From Pseudomonas aeruginosa (lineage in GTDB: Bacteria; Pseudomonadota; Gammaproteobacteria; Pseudomonadales; Pseudomonadaceae): a stretch of 32,000 nucleotides of DNA. This document shows, in pieces, positions 8,770 through 16,251 of this stretch. The position numbers were made by a program, and so were the translations under genes. The notes beneath the pieces are model-generated. The model had not been told where the DNA came from. It did not search any database and saw nothing but the letters and a program-made list of their open reading frames with translations. How positions within the stretch are numbered: the first letter of the stretch is position 1; every line of letters starts with the position of its first letter. Where the stretch lies: NCBI RefSeq assembly GCF_001457615.1, contig NZ_LN831024.1, forward strand, positions 1,800,001 through 1,832,000. Reading direction: 5' to 3'.

Positions 8770-9311
8770 TGAGCTTGATCTGTGTGGGAAATAAAAATTC
8801 CATTGGGCTGGTGGTTTTTCTCAGCACCTTCTTTGGGCTGGTGGCATGCCAGGCTGGGCATGAAGTGCTGTCTGCACCTATCATGGGTTACAACCATACT
8901 CCGGCGGCGATTAACGAATTTACGGTGAATGGTGCTGGCGGACCGAACTTAGGTCCTTATCAGGGAGATGGTAGTCAAGTTTGTTGTGGGGTAATTCCAA
9001 AGAGATGGAATCCAAATTTGAAAGTTATTGTGGAATGGGAGAAGGATCCAAATCCCCGTGCCGTTATAAAACGAGATAAATATGGGCGGTTGGATGAGAG
9101 TGATTATTTGAGGCATGCCTCAAGTTACACCCGTCACAAGGCGACTGTGAATGTGCCTAGGTATGATGAAAAGGTGTGCTTGCTGCAGGTGCACTTCTTG
9201 CCGTGTGACGAGGTGGCTGTTTCTACGACTTGTTATGGGCCGAATCATCCAAAATATCCTGATAAGGCCTATTTCGAGATGAGAAAGTCAACGATATGTC
9301 CGGCTAACTGA
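8757..9311 (+). CDS. tli1: Tli1-like periplasmic lipoprotein, copy 3 (DUF3304-like; likely cognate immunity, directly upstream of tle1)
   Basis: 184 aa, intact. The signal peptide has lipobox GLVAC. RBS GAGGGG lies 7 nt upstream of the ATG. The gene ends 14 bp before the effector start. Confidence 0.75.
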   Translation: MQKLMSLICVGNKNSIGLVVFLSTFFGLVACQAGHEVLSAPIMGYNHTPAAINEFTVNGAGGPNLGPYQGDGSQVCCGVIPKRWNPNLKVIVEWEKDPNPRAVIKRDKYGRLDESDYLRHASSYTRHKATVNVPRYDEKVCLLQVHFLPCDEVAVSTTCYGPNHPKYPDKAYFEMRKSTICPAN

Positions 9312-9325
9312 AGGCAGGTGGGAAG

Positions 9326-11974
9326 ATGCCTAATTTTGGATTTCATATAGCACCCACCCATCCTGTGGCAGGGCGCCTGATTTATGATTCTAAAAAATTA
9401 TCAGAAAATATATTAAAGCAGCAGAGCGATGAACGGGTTTTTTCAAGGGCGCAAGAGCAAAAAAGGCTTTCTGAAGGTGACGTAGTCGGTGGTGCGCCTT
9501 GCTGTAAAGCTATCCATATTACACTTGGTTTTGATGGGACTAATAATAACGATAAGGCTGATGGTTCATCGGTTTCTCCATCTTGCAGTAATGTCGCTAG
9601 GCTAATTCATGCAAGTATTGGGAGCGGCGATGATATAAACAGTAGGGGGATTTTTAAGTACTATTGCCCAGGTGTGGGTACGGTGTTTCCGGATATTAAA
9701 GAATTTACGCCTTCAAACATGGGATTAATTGGTGCTGAGGGAGGCGAAAATCGAATAAACTGGGGGCTGGTTCAGTTAGTTGATGCTCTTTTCTATACTT
9801 TATTAAAAAGTAGGCTTAAACTAAATGAGGTTCAGGGCCTAGTAGAAGAAATGTCCACTAACTGGACCGTCAGTACGCTCACTGGTGGTTTATTGGAAAA
9901 CGGCGAGAAAAAACGCCGAACTGCCTTGGAGCCAAAACTCAAGGAACTGGAAGAAAAGCTTCGACAGCGTCAGAACTCTGGACAGAAACCGCATATCCTG
10001 GCCATGCGCTTGTATGTCTACGGATTCTCCCGTGGGGCGGCAGAAGCACGAGCCTTTGCCAACTGGCTGCAGGAGCTAACCCGGGTCAGCGATGCCGATG
10101 GTCGGGTGGAATATCGCTTTGCCGGTCTGCCGATCTCGATCGAGTTCCTCGGCCTTTTCGATACCGTGGCGGCAGTTGGGCTGGCGGATAGTGCGCCGTT
10201 CGCTGCCGGGCATATGGATTGGGCCGATGACACCATGCGCCTGCCCGATGAGGCCCTCTCCCAGTGCCTGCCGACCATCCTGCCGGAAGACTGTTCTTTT
10301 CTGAAACGTTGCGTGCATCTGGTTTCCTGTCATGAGCAGCGTGCCAGTTTTCCACTCGATTCGATCCGCCGTCGTGACATGGATGCCAACGGACGTCGGA
10401 CGGGGCCCTCCTGCTACCGGAAGTGGACGGTGGAATATGCTTATCCTGGTGTTCACTCGGATGTTGGTGGCGGTTATGGCGTCGGCAACCAGGGGAAAGC
10501 TGTGGGAGGTTCGGAATTTCTACTATCCCAGATAGCGTTGCAGCATATGTATGCGGAGGCTTTCGAGGCAGGTGCTCCTTTGCAAGTTCCAGCACCTGCC
10601 GTCCATCCAGACTTTCATGAAGAGTGGCGGGTAATGGTGCCCAAGATTGAAGCGGAGTTCAGCGTCTCCGAAGAACTCGCCACCCGTTTCAACGCCTGGC
10701 AGGCCCAGGCCAAGGCCGGCCCCCTGGAAGAGGTGATCCGTCGCGAGACCGCGTTGATCACCGCCTGGCGCATCGACCGCTATGCCGGCGGGCTGCGCAA
10801 CAAGGCGTTCTTCGCCAATGTCCCGCCGGACATGCCGGAAGCCCAGCAGAAGGCCTGGGAGGCCCTGCACAAACGGCGTAGCCGGGAGTACGCGGCCGCC
10901 CAGCAGGGCAAGCCGCTCCCGCCGATGAGCGCCGCCGAACAGGCGGAGTGGGATCGCAACGTGGCGCTGATCGGCGGCGAGGACAAACTGCGCGACCTGC
11001 GGGTGGAGAAGCAGTTCGATCCGCCGCTGGACCAGCGCCAACTACTCGGCGCCGCCGCCGAGTTCGCCCATGACTACAAGGGCGACTGGGGCGTGCTCGA
11101 CGACGGCATGACGGTGGGCGGAGTGATCGACCTGCTGCTCGGCGGCACCGTATTCCTGATCAACGAGGAAGACGAAGCCGAGGAATACAGCCAGATCCAC
11201 CGCGACGGCAGCGCGCGCTACCACCAGTTGTTCAGCGCTCCCGACCGGGTGGTGCCGGGCCAGGAAAAGCTGGTGGCGCTGTTCGACGAACAGGTGCACG
11301 ACTCCCGCGCCTGGTTCATGAACACTTCGGCGATAGGCCCGCGAGAACCCTTCACCGACTACTTCCGCTATCGCCTGGTGCATTTCGACAACGAGTCGAA
11401 CAAGCGGCTCTCGGTACTGGCCACCGCCGGGCGGGTGGTAGGCGTAGGGGTGATGCTGGCCAGCGTCGGCCTCAGCGTCAAGCGTCGCGATCCGCGGATG
11501 CTGCTCGGGCTGTTCCTGCCATCGCTGGCGCGTCCGCTGCTGAGCGGCAAGGTCGGCCTGCCGGAGATCAGCGCCTTCGACCCGCTGACCGGGATCGCCT
11601 TGCCGATGGTCGGCGGGGCGGCGCTGGACAACCTGCGGGCCTTCACCCGCGAGCCTGGCGACAAGGTCGAGCAGATCGGCCAGTTGCCGCCACCGCCGCC
11701 GCTGGCGGTCGCGGCGGTGCAATCGCCCGCATTGCAGCAGGTGCTGCTGGCTCAGCAGACCGTGGAGGCGCTCAACGCGCGCGACCTGGGCAGCCTGGCC
11801 GGGCTGGTGGCCAAGGCCGAACTCACCCAGGCGCCCGCGGCGGCGACGCCGGCCTGGCTCGCCGAGGCGAAGCAGGCCTTGCAGGACATGGGTACGGAGC
11901 AGGCGCAACCGCCGGACCCCGGCTCGGCGCCGGGCTGGCTGCAGCGCGGCAAGGACCTGATGGAATCGCTTTGA
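9326..11974 (+). CDS. tle1: T6SS phospholipase effector, Tle1 family (DUF2235 alpha/beta hydrolase); PAO1 PA3290 by synteny
   Basis: 882 aa. It has the FDGTNN motif (res 69-74) and the GxSxG lipase motif GFSRG (res 233-237; Ser codon 10028-10030), followed by LGLFDTVAAVG and YPGVHSDVGGGY segments typical of DUF2235. It is the last gene of the vgrG-adaptor-immunity string. Confidence 0.88.
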   Translation: MPNFGFHIAPTHPVAGRLIYDSKKLSENILKQQSDERVFSRAQEQKRLSEGDVVGGAPCCKAIHITLGFDGTNNNDKADGSSVSPSCSNVARLIHASIGSGDDINSRGIFKYYCPGVGTVFPDIKEFTPSNMGLIGAEGGENRINWGLVQLVDALFYTLLKSRLKLNEVQGLVEEMSTNWTVSTLTGGLLENGEKKRRTALEPKLKELEEKLRQRQNSGQKPHILAMRLYVYGFSRGAAEARAFANWLQELTRVSDADGRVEYRFAGLPISIEFLGLFDTVAAVGLADSAPFAAGHMDWADDTMRLPDEALSQCLPTILPEDCSFLKRCVHLVSCHEQRASFPLDSIRRRDMDANGRRTGPSCYRKWTVEYAYPGVHSDVGGGYGVGNQGKAVGGSEFLLSQIALQHMYAEAFEAGAPLQVPAPAVHPDFHEEWRVMVPKIEAEFSVSEELATRFNAWQAQAKAGPLEEVIRRETALITAWRIDRYAGGLRNKAFFANVPPDMPEAQQKAWEALHKRRSREYAAAQQGKPLPPMSAAEQAEWDRNVALIGGEDKLRDLRVEKQFDPPLDQRQLLGAAAEFAHDYKGDWGVLDDGMTVGGVIDLLLGGTVFLINEEDEAEEYSQIHRDGSARYHQLFSAPDRVVPGQEKLVALFDEQVHDSRAWFMNTSAIGPREPFTDYFRYRLVHFDNESNKRLSVLATAGRVVGVGVMLASVGLSVKRRDPRMLLGLFLPSLARPLLSGKVGLPEISAFDPLTGIALPMVGGAALDNLRAFTREPGDKVEQIGQLPPPPPLAVAAVQSPALQQVLLAQQTVEALNARDLGSLAGLVAKAELTQAPAAATPAWLAEAKQALQDMGTEQAQPPDPGSAPGWLQRGKDLMESL

Positions 11975-12012
11975 ACCTCGACCGGCGAACGCGGCCGACC
12001 TGTCGCCCCGGA

Positions 12013-12426
12013 TCATTCGGTGCGGATGTCGAACCCGCTGCTGGCCTCGCTGACGATACGGAAGCGCGCGTTGCCGTCCGCGGCGATCCGGGTTCTCAGC
12101 TCGCGGTTCAGCAGGCCCTTGCCGCAGAGAGTGTCGTCCTGGGTATCGATGCCGATACCGACCACATGCTCGCCCGCCGGCACCTGGAAGCTGGCTTCCT
12201 CGCCGACGCCGATGCGCGCGGCGACCTGGCGGTCGATAAGGAACGCCACGTAGCAGCCGCCGCCCAGGTAGCCATAGTCGCGGTGGACTTCCAGCCGGCC
12301 GCCACCGCTCACCGGTTGCTGGTAGCCGAGCAGGCGTTCGGCGGGGATCGCCCGGGTCTTCTCGGCGGGAACCGAGGAACAGCCGGCCAGGAGGAAAAGG
12401 ATCGCTACGGCGTACATCGGGCGCAT
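12013..12426 (-). CDS. Small lipoprotein of unknown function
   Basis: 137 aa. Signal peptide plus canonical lipobox MRPMYAVAILFLLAGCSS. It is convergent with tle1, with 38 bp between the stops. Confidence 0.7.
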   Translation of the reverse strand: MRPMYAVAILFLLAGCSSVPAEKTRAIPAERLLGYQQPVSGGGRLEVHRDYGYLGGGCYVAFLIDRQVAARIGVGEEASFQVPAGEHVVGIGIDTQDDTLCGKGLLNRELRTRIAADGNARFRIVSEASSGFDIRTE

Positions 12427-12538
12427 GAAGGCTCTCCGTCGAAAGGTTCCCTCAGGCTAGCCCAGTTTCGCTGGAGCGCGGAGCGACGGGGCGGAGTGGG
12501 CTAGAATGCCTGGCCTGTTCTTCCGGAGCCGACTACCG

Positions 12539-13009
12539 ATGCGCCAGGCCCTGCTGATCGTCGACGTGCAACCCTGTTTCGCCCCGCCGGACTGGCTGCT
12601 GGAAGGCATCGGCCAACTGCTCGGGCGGATGCCCTCGGTGGCCAGCGTCGAGCGCCATGACGAATCCCGTACGCCGTTCCAGCGCCAGCTCGGCTGGCGA
12701 CCGCCGCTCGACGATGCCTGCCTGGTGGCGGCCGACCGGGTCTTCGTCAAGCATGGCTACCTGCCGACGGCGGAACTCGTCGACCATCTGCGTGCGCTGC
12801 GAGCGGAACGGGTGCTGGTATGCGGCATCCAGGCCGACACCTGCGTGCTCGCCGCCGGCTTCGCCCTGTTCGACGCCGGCCTGCAACCGACCCTGATCGG
12901 CGACCTGGTGCTCGGCTCCTCGCTGGATCGCTCGGGGGAGCTGGGTGTGCGCCTGTGGAAGCATCATTTCGGCCAGGTCGTCAGCCTGGCCGAGGTGCTG
13001 GCGGATTGA
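12539..13009 (+). CDS. Isochorismatase-family (cysteine) hydrolase
   Basis: The N-terminus MRQALLIVDVQPCF is typical for the family, and a VLVCGIQADTCVLA segment carries the conserved Cys. An alternative upstream ATG at 12506 cannot be excluded. Confidence 0.7.
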   Translation: MRQALLIVDVQPCFAPPDWLLEGIGQLLGRMPSVASVERHDESRTPFQRQLGWRPPLDDACLVAADRVFVKHGYLPTAELVDHLRALRAERVLVCGIQADTCVLAAGFALFDAGLQPTLIGDLVLGSSLDRSGELGVRLWKHHFGQVVSLAEVLAD

Positions 13010-13012
13010 GGC

Positions 13013-13528
13013 TCAGTGGGGCCGGCTGAGCAGCGCGACCGTGGCCTCGGCATTCATCATCCGCGCTGCCGCCAGCGGCGTCAGCCCGGCGGCGTCCTGG
13101 GCGTCACGACGGGCGCCGTGGGCCAGCAGGCTGGCGGCGACCTCGGCCTGGTTGAACATGGCCGCCATCATCAGTGCGGTCTTGCCGTCGGCCGAGGCGC
13201 CCTCGACGTCGGCGCCGCCGGCGAGGAGCAGTTCGACCATCGCCAGGTCGCCCTTGAACGCAGCGCCGGCCAGCGGTGTCTGCCCGGCCAGGTTGCGCAG
13301 GTCCGGGTCGGCCTTGTAGGCCAGCAGCAGGCGTACCGTGTCGGCGTGGCCATGGTAGCTGGCCAGCATCAGCAGGCTGTCGCCCTTGTGGTTGCGCAGG
13401 TTCGGCGGCAGGCCCTGTTGCAGCAGTTGCTCGAGGCGCTGGCTGTTGCCCTGGCGGGCCAGGTCGAACAGCTGGTGGACGAACTCCTGGGTTTCCATAT
13501 CCAGTTCTGGACGAGGGCTATCGGTCAT
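13013..13528 (-). CDS. Ankyrin-repeat protein
   Basis: 171 aa from ATG 13528. It has repeated ankyrin consensus blocks (GDSLLMLASYHGHADTVRLLLAYKADPDL, GQTPLAGAAFKGDLAMVELLLAGGADVE, GKTALMMAAMFNQAEVAASLLAHGA). The upstream 169 codons of the tracked ORF look noncoding. Confidence 0.85.
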   Translation of the reverse strand: MTDSPRPELDMETQEFVHQLFDLARQGNSQRLEQLLQQGLPPNLRNHKGDSLLMLASYHGHADTVRLLLAYKADPDLRNLAGQTPLAGAAFKGDLAMVELLLAGGADVEGASADGKTALMMAAMFNQAEVAASLLAHGARRDAQDAAGLTPLAAARMMNAEATVALLSRPH

Positions 13529-14018
13529 GGGGCTGCTTCCTTGTGAATACCGGGTTTGCCGAATGATAGGCGGCCTTGCCGAGGTGGGCTGTTGAGCATT
13601 GCCTATGGGGCGGGTTGGCAAATTCAATCGATGGTTGGGGTGGGAAGGTGCCAGCCTGCTGTGACCGGAAGCCGGCCTGGTTGCGTCGTCTTTACAGTTC
13701 GATACGGATATCGGTGGCGAAAACGGGGAAAATAAACCGATCGTGCGCCTATCGGCTGTGCCCGGCGCGCACTCTGGAATATCCTTGGCGCCTTCGATAC
13801 CACTGAGCGGTGCGCGCGCTTGCCGAAGCGAGGCGGTGGCACACTGCGCAATGGCCGACCTTGCCCGGGCCCTGTACGAAAGCGCGTCGCCAACGTCTTT
13901 TCGTAGAGCGCCCGGCATCGCCGCGAGCGAACCCGTTTCCGGTGCCGGCCCCAGGCGGGCACCGCTATGCCTAATCGGCCCCGTTCGACGGCGGCCCAGC
14001 GAGAGAAGAGGAACAACT

Positions 14019-15140
14019 GTGCATAAAGCCGTCATCAGCGGAACCGGTCTTTATACTCCGCCCTACAGCATCTCCAACGATGAGCTGGTGGAGAGCTTCA
14101 ATACCTTCGTGCGCCAGTACAACGACCAGCACGCCGAGGCCATCGCCAAGGGCGAACTGGAGGCGCTGGCCGAGTCCAGCTCGGCGTTCATCGAGAAGGC
14201 GTCCGGCATCAAGAGCCGCTTCGTGATGAACAAGGAAGGCATCCTCGACCCGCAGCGCATGGTTCCGTACCTTCCCGAGCGCAGCAACGACGAGTGGTCG
14301 ATCCTCTGCGAGATGGCCGTGGCCGCCGCCAGGGAGGCGCTGCAGCGTGCCGGCCGCAGCGCCGCCGACATCGACGGGGTGATCGTCGCCTGCTCCAACC
14401 TGCAGCGCGCCTACCCGGCGATCGCGGTGGAGGTGCAGGCCGCGCTGGGCATCCAGGGCTACGGCTACGACATGAACGTGGCCTGCTCCTCGGCCACCTT
14501 CGGTATCCAGGCCGCCACCACCGCGATCCAGACCGGCCAGGCGCGGGCGATCCTGATGGTCAACCCGGAGATCTGCACCGGCCACCTGAACTTCCGCGAC
14601 CGCGACAGCCACTTCATCTTCGGCGACGCCTGCACCGCGGTGATCGTCGAGCGCGCCGACCTGGCCGTGTCGAAGCACCAGTTCGACATCGTCAGCACCA
14701 GGCTGCTGACCCAGTTCTCCAACAACATCCGCAACAACTTCGGCTTCCTCAACCGCGCCGACGAGAGCGGTATCGGCAAGCGCGACAAGCTGTTCGTCCA
14801 GGAAGGCCGCAAGGTGTTCAAGGATGTCTGCCCGATGGTCGCCGAGCTGATCGGCGAGCACCTGGCGGCCAATGAAATCCAGGTCGCCGAGGTCAAGCGC
14901 TTCTGGCTGCACCAGGCCAACCTGAACATGAACCTGCTGATCACCCGCAAGCTGCTCGGCCGCGACGCCGAGGCGCACGAGGCGCCGGTGATCCTCGACA
15001 GCTACGCGAATACCAGTTCCGCCGGCTCGGTGATCGCCCTGCACAAGCACCAGGACGACCTGCCCAGCGGCGCCATCGGGGTGCTCAGCTCGTTCGGCGC
15101 CGGTTACTCGATCGGTAGCGTGATCCTGCGTAAACACTGA
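14019..15140 (+). CDS. FabH-like beta-ketoacyl-ACP synthase III (PAO1 PA3286-type)
   Basis: GTG 14019 is preceded by GAGAAGAGGAA. The protein is 373 aa with the KAS III Cys-His-Asn triad contexts NVACSSATFG, WLHQANLNM and YANTSSAGS. The 92-codon 5' extension of the tracked ORF is rejected. Confidence 0.88.
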   Translation: MHKAVISGTGLYTPPYSISNDELVESFNTFVRQYNDQHAEAIAKGELEALAESSSAFIEKASGIKSRFVMNKEGILDPQRMVPYLPERSNDEWSILCEMAVAAAREALQRAGRSAADIDGVIVACSNLQRAYPAIAVEVQAALGIQGYGYDMNVACSSATFGIQAATTAIQTGQARAILMVNPEICTGHLNFRDRDSHFIFGDACTAVIVERADLAVSKHQFDIVSTRLLTQFSNNIRNNFGFLNRADESGIGKRDKLFVQEGRKVFKDVCPMVAELIGEHLAANEIQVAEVKRFWLHQANLNMNLLITRKLLGRDAEAHEAPVILDSYANTSSAGSVIALHKHQDDLPSGAIGVLSSFGAGYSIGSVILRKH

Positions 15141-15142
15141 TC

Positions 15143-15754
15143 GTGGCGGCGCCTACCGACGCCGAGCTGCTGCCGCGCCTGCTGGCCGGCGAGCAGCGAG
15201 CCTTCCGCGAGCTGGTTGGCGCCTACCAGGGCGCCATGCGGGCCGTGGCCTGGGCGATCATCGGCAGATCGCATACCGAGGAAGTGGTGCAGGACGCCTG
15301 GCTCGCGGCGGTTCGCGGGCTGGACGGGTTCCAGGGGCGTTCGAGCCTGAAGACCTGGCTGCTGACCATTACCGCCAATACCGCCAAGAGCCGCTTGCGC
15401 CAGGTTCGCCGGGAAGTTTTCCTCGACGACCTGCCGGGGCCCCATGGTACGGTGGATGACCAGCGCTTTGCCGCCGACGGTCACTGGAGCCAGCCGCCGC
15501 ACGCCTGGCACGAGGATTCGCCGGAAGCCCTGCTCGCCGAGGGCGAACTGCGCGATTGCCTGGACAAGACCCTCAACGGTCTGTCCGAGCTGCAGCGCAG
15601 CGTGCTGACCCTGCGCGAACGCCAGGGCTTGGAGCTGGAGGAAATCCGTGATCTCCTGGATATCACGCTTTCCAATGTCCGGGTGCTGCTGCATCGCGCC
15701 CGCCTGAAGGTCTTCGCCACCCTGGAGCATTTCGAGGAGACCGGCCAATGCTGA
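15143..15754 (+). CDS. ECF-type RNA polymerase sigma-70 family factor
   Basis: 203 aa. Region 2 is seen in EEVVQDAWLAAVRGL and region 4 (HTH) in LSELQRSVLTLRERQGLELEEIRDLLDITLSNVRVLLHRAR. It starts 2 nt after the KAS III stop. Confidence 0.88.
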   Translation: MAAPTDAELLPRLLAGEQRAFRELVGAYQGAMRAVAWAIIGRSHTEEVVQDAWLAAVRGLDGFQGRSSLKTWLLTITANTAKSRLRQVRREVFLDDLPGPHGTVDDQRFAADGHWSQPPHAWHEDSPEALLAEGELRDCLDKTLNGLSELQRSVLTLRERQGLELEEIRDLLDITLSNVRVLLHRARLKVFATLEHFEETGQC

Positions 15755-15987
15755 GTTGCAAGGAACTGGTCGCCCGGTCCAGCGACTTTCTCGATGGGCA
15801 ACTGGACTTCCGCGGACAACTGGCGGTGCGCAGCCACCTGCTCATGTGCCGGCATTGCCGGCGCTTCATCCGCCAGATGCGCCTGACCCAGGCGACCGTG
15901 CGCCATCTGCCGGAAGGGCCGGGGCCGGAACTCGACCGTCTGGCCGCGCATCTCTCCGAATTGCGCAAGGACGCCGCGCGGCGCTGA
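15748..15987 (+). CDS. Small cytoplasmic zinc-binding (ZAS-type) anti-sigma factor
   Basis: 79 aa. Its ATG overlaps the sigma gene's stop (ATGCTGA). It has the HxxxCxxC motif HLLMCRHC and no transmembrane segment. Confidence 0.78.
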   Translation: MLSCKELVARSSDFLDGQLDFRGQLAVRSHLLMCRHCRRFIRQMRLTQATVRHLPEGPGPELDRLAAHLSELRKDAARR

Positions 15988-16009
15988 GCCGGGGTACCCT
16001 CGACACCAA

Positions 16010-16043
16010 GCCGCCGCCCGCGATTCGTGGGCGGCGGCTTTTT
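16010..16043 (+). terminator. Intrinsic terminator closing the KAS III-sigma-anti-sigma operon
   Basis: 10-bp stem GCCGCCGCCC (16010-16019) / GGGCGGCGGC (16029-16038) followed by TTTTT (16039-16043). Confidence 0.75.
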
Positions 16044-16141
16044 CGTTTCCGCTATCCGGCGTGGGCGAACCGAACCCGGCCTGGCATGGGTGGCTCTCCC
16101 TTCCGCGTGACGAGGTCGAGGAGTGTGGCTGGGCTTGGCGG

Positions 16142-16251
16142 ATATCGCTGCGCGATATGCACCCTACGGAGGGGCGGCAATCCGTTTCGCTGGGCGAGCA
16201 TCCGAAGTTGAGGAGAACGCCTGGGACCTGGCGAATATCGCCGACCGATAT
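16142..16251. repeat. Pair of related palindromes in the precursor-gene leader (possible operator pair)
   Basis: IR1 is ATATCGC-tgc-GCGATAT (16142-16158). IR2 is ATATCG-ccgac-CGATAT (16235-16251). The flanks also match (TGGCG[G/A]ATATCGC). The centres are 93 bp apart. Confidence 0.6.

Larger units (their letters stand above)
7714..9311 (+). repeat. Tandem array of three paralogous lipoprotein (Tli1-like immunity) gene units
   Basis: The three units share the motifs GYNHT(S/P)AAIN.F(S/T)VNGAGG, QVCCGV(I/V)P and HFLPCD.VA.S. The unit junctions are conserved: TCATGCAAAAGCTCTTGA (8218-8235) and TCATGCAGAAGTTGA (8755-8769). In each, the next ATG overlaps the previous stop. Confidence 0.85.

Noticed and set aside
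8084-8897. Small minus-strand ORFs (8084-8350, 8417-8668, 8681-8884, 8709-8897) within the AT-rich immunity array.
   Set aside because: All are antisense to the lipoprotein paralogs, lack RBSs and recognisable motifs, and are not conserved between repeat units in a way independent of the sense genes.
7714-9311. Periodic repeat structure in the low-GC region, considered as a CRISPR-like or mobile-element repeat array.
   Set aside because: The repeat unit is ~540 bp and protein-coding (lipoprotein paralogs). There are no short direct repeats with spacers, no terminal inverted repeats, and no transposase or integrase gene.
13837-13852. TGGCAC...GCAAT, a sigma-54-like sequence upstream of the KAS III gene.
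   Set aside because: The spacing between GG and the nearest GC dinucleotides is 6-8 nt rather than the required 10, and there is no TTGC -12 element.
13743-14018. 92-codon N-terminal extension of the KAS III ORF. The same question arises for the extensions of ORFs 17909-18310, 16330-16392, 13529-14035 (-) and 24844-25167.
   Set aside because: The extensions have noncoding-like composition and overlap neighbouring genes or intergenic regions. Internal starts with good RBSs give proteins of the family-typical length.
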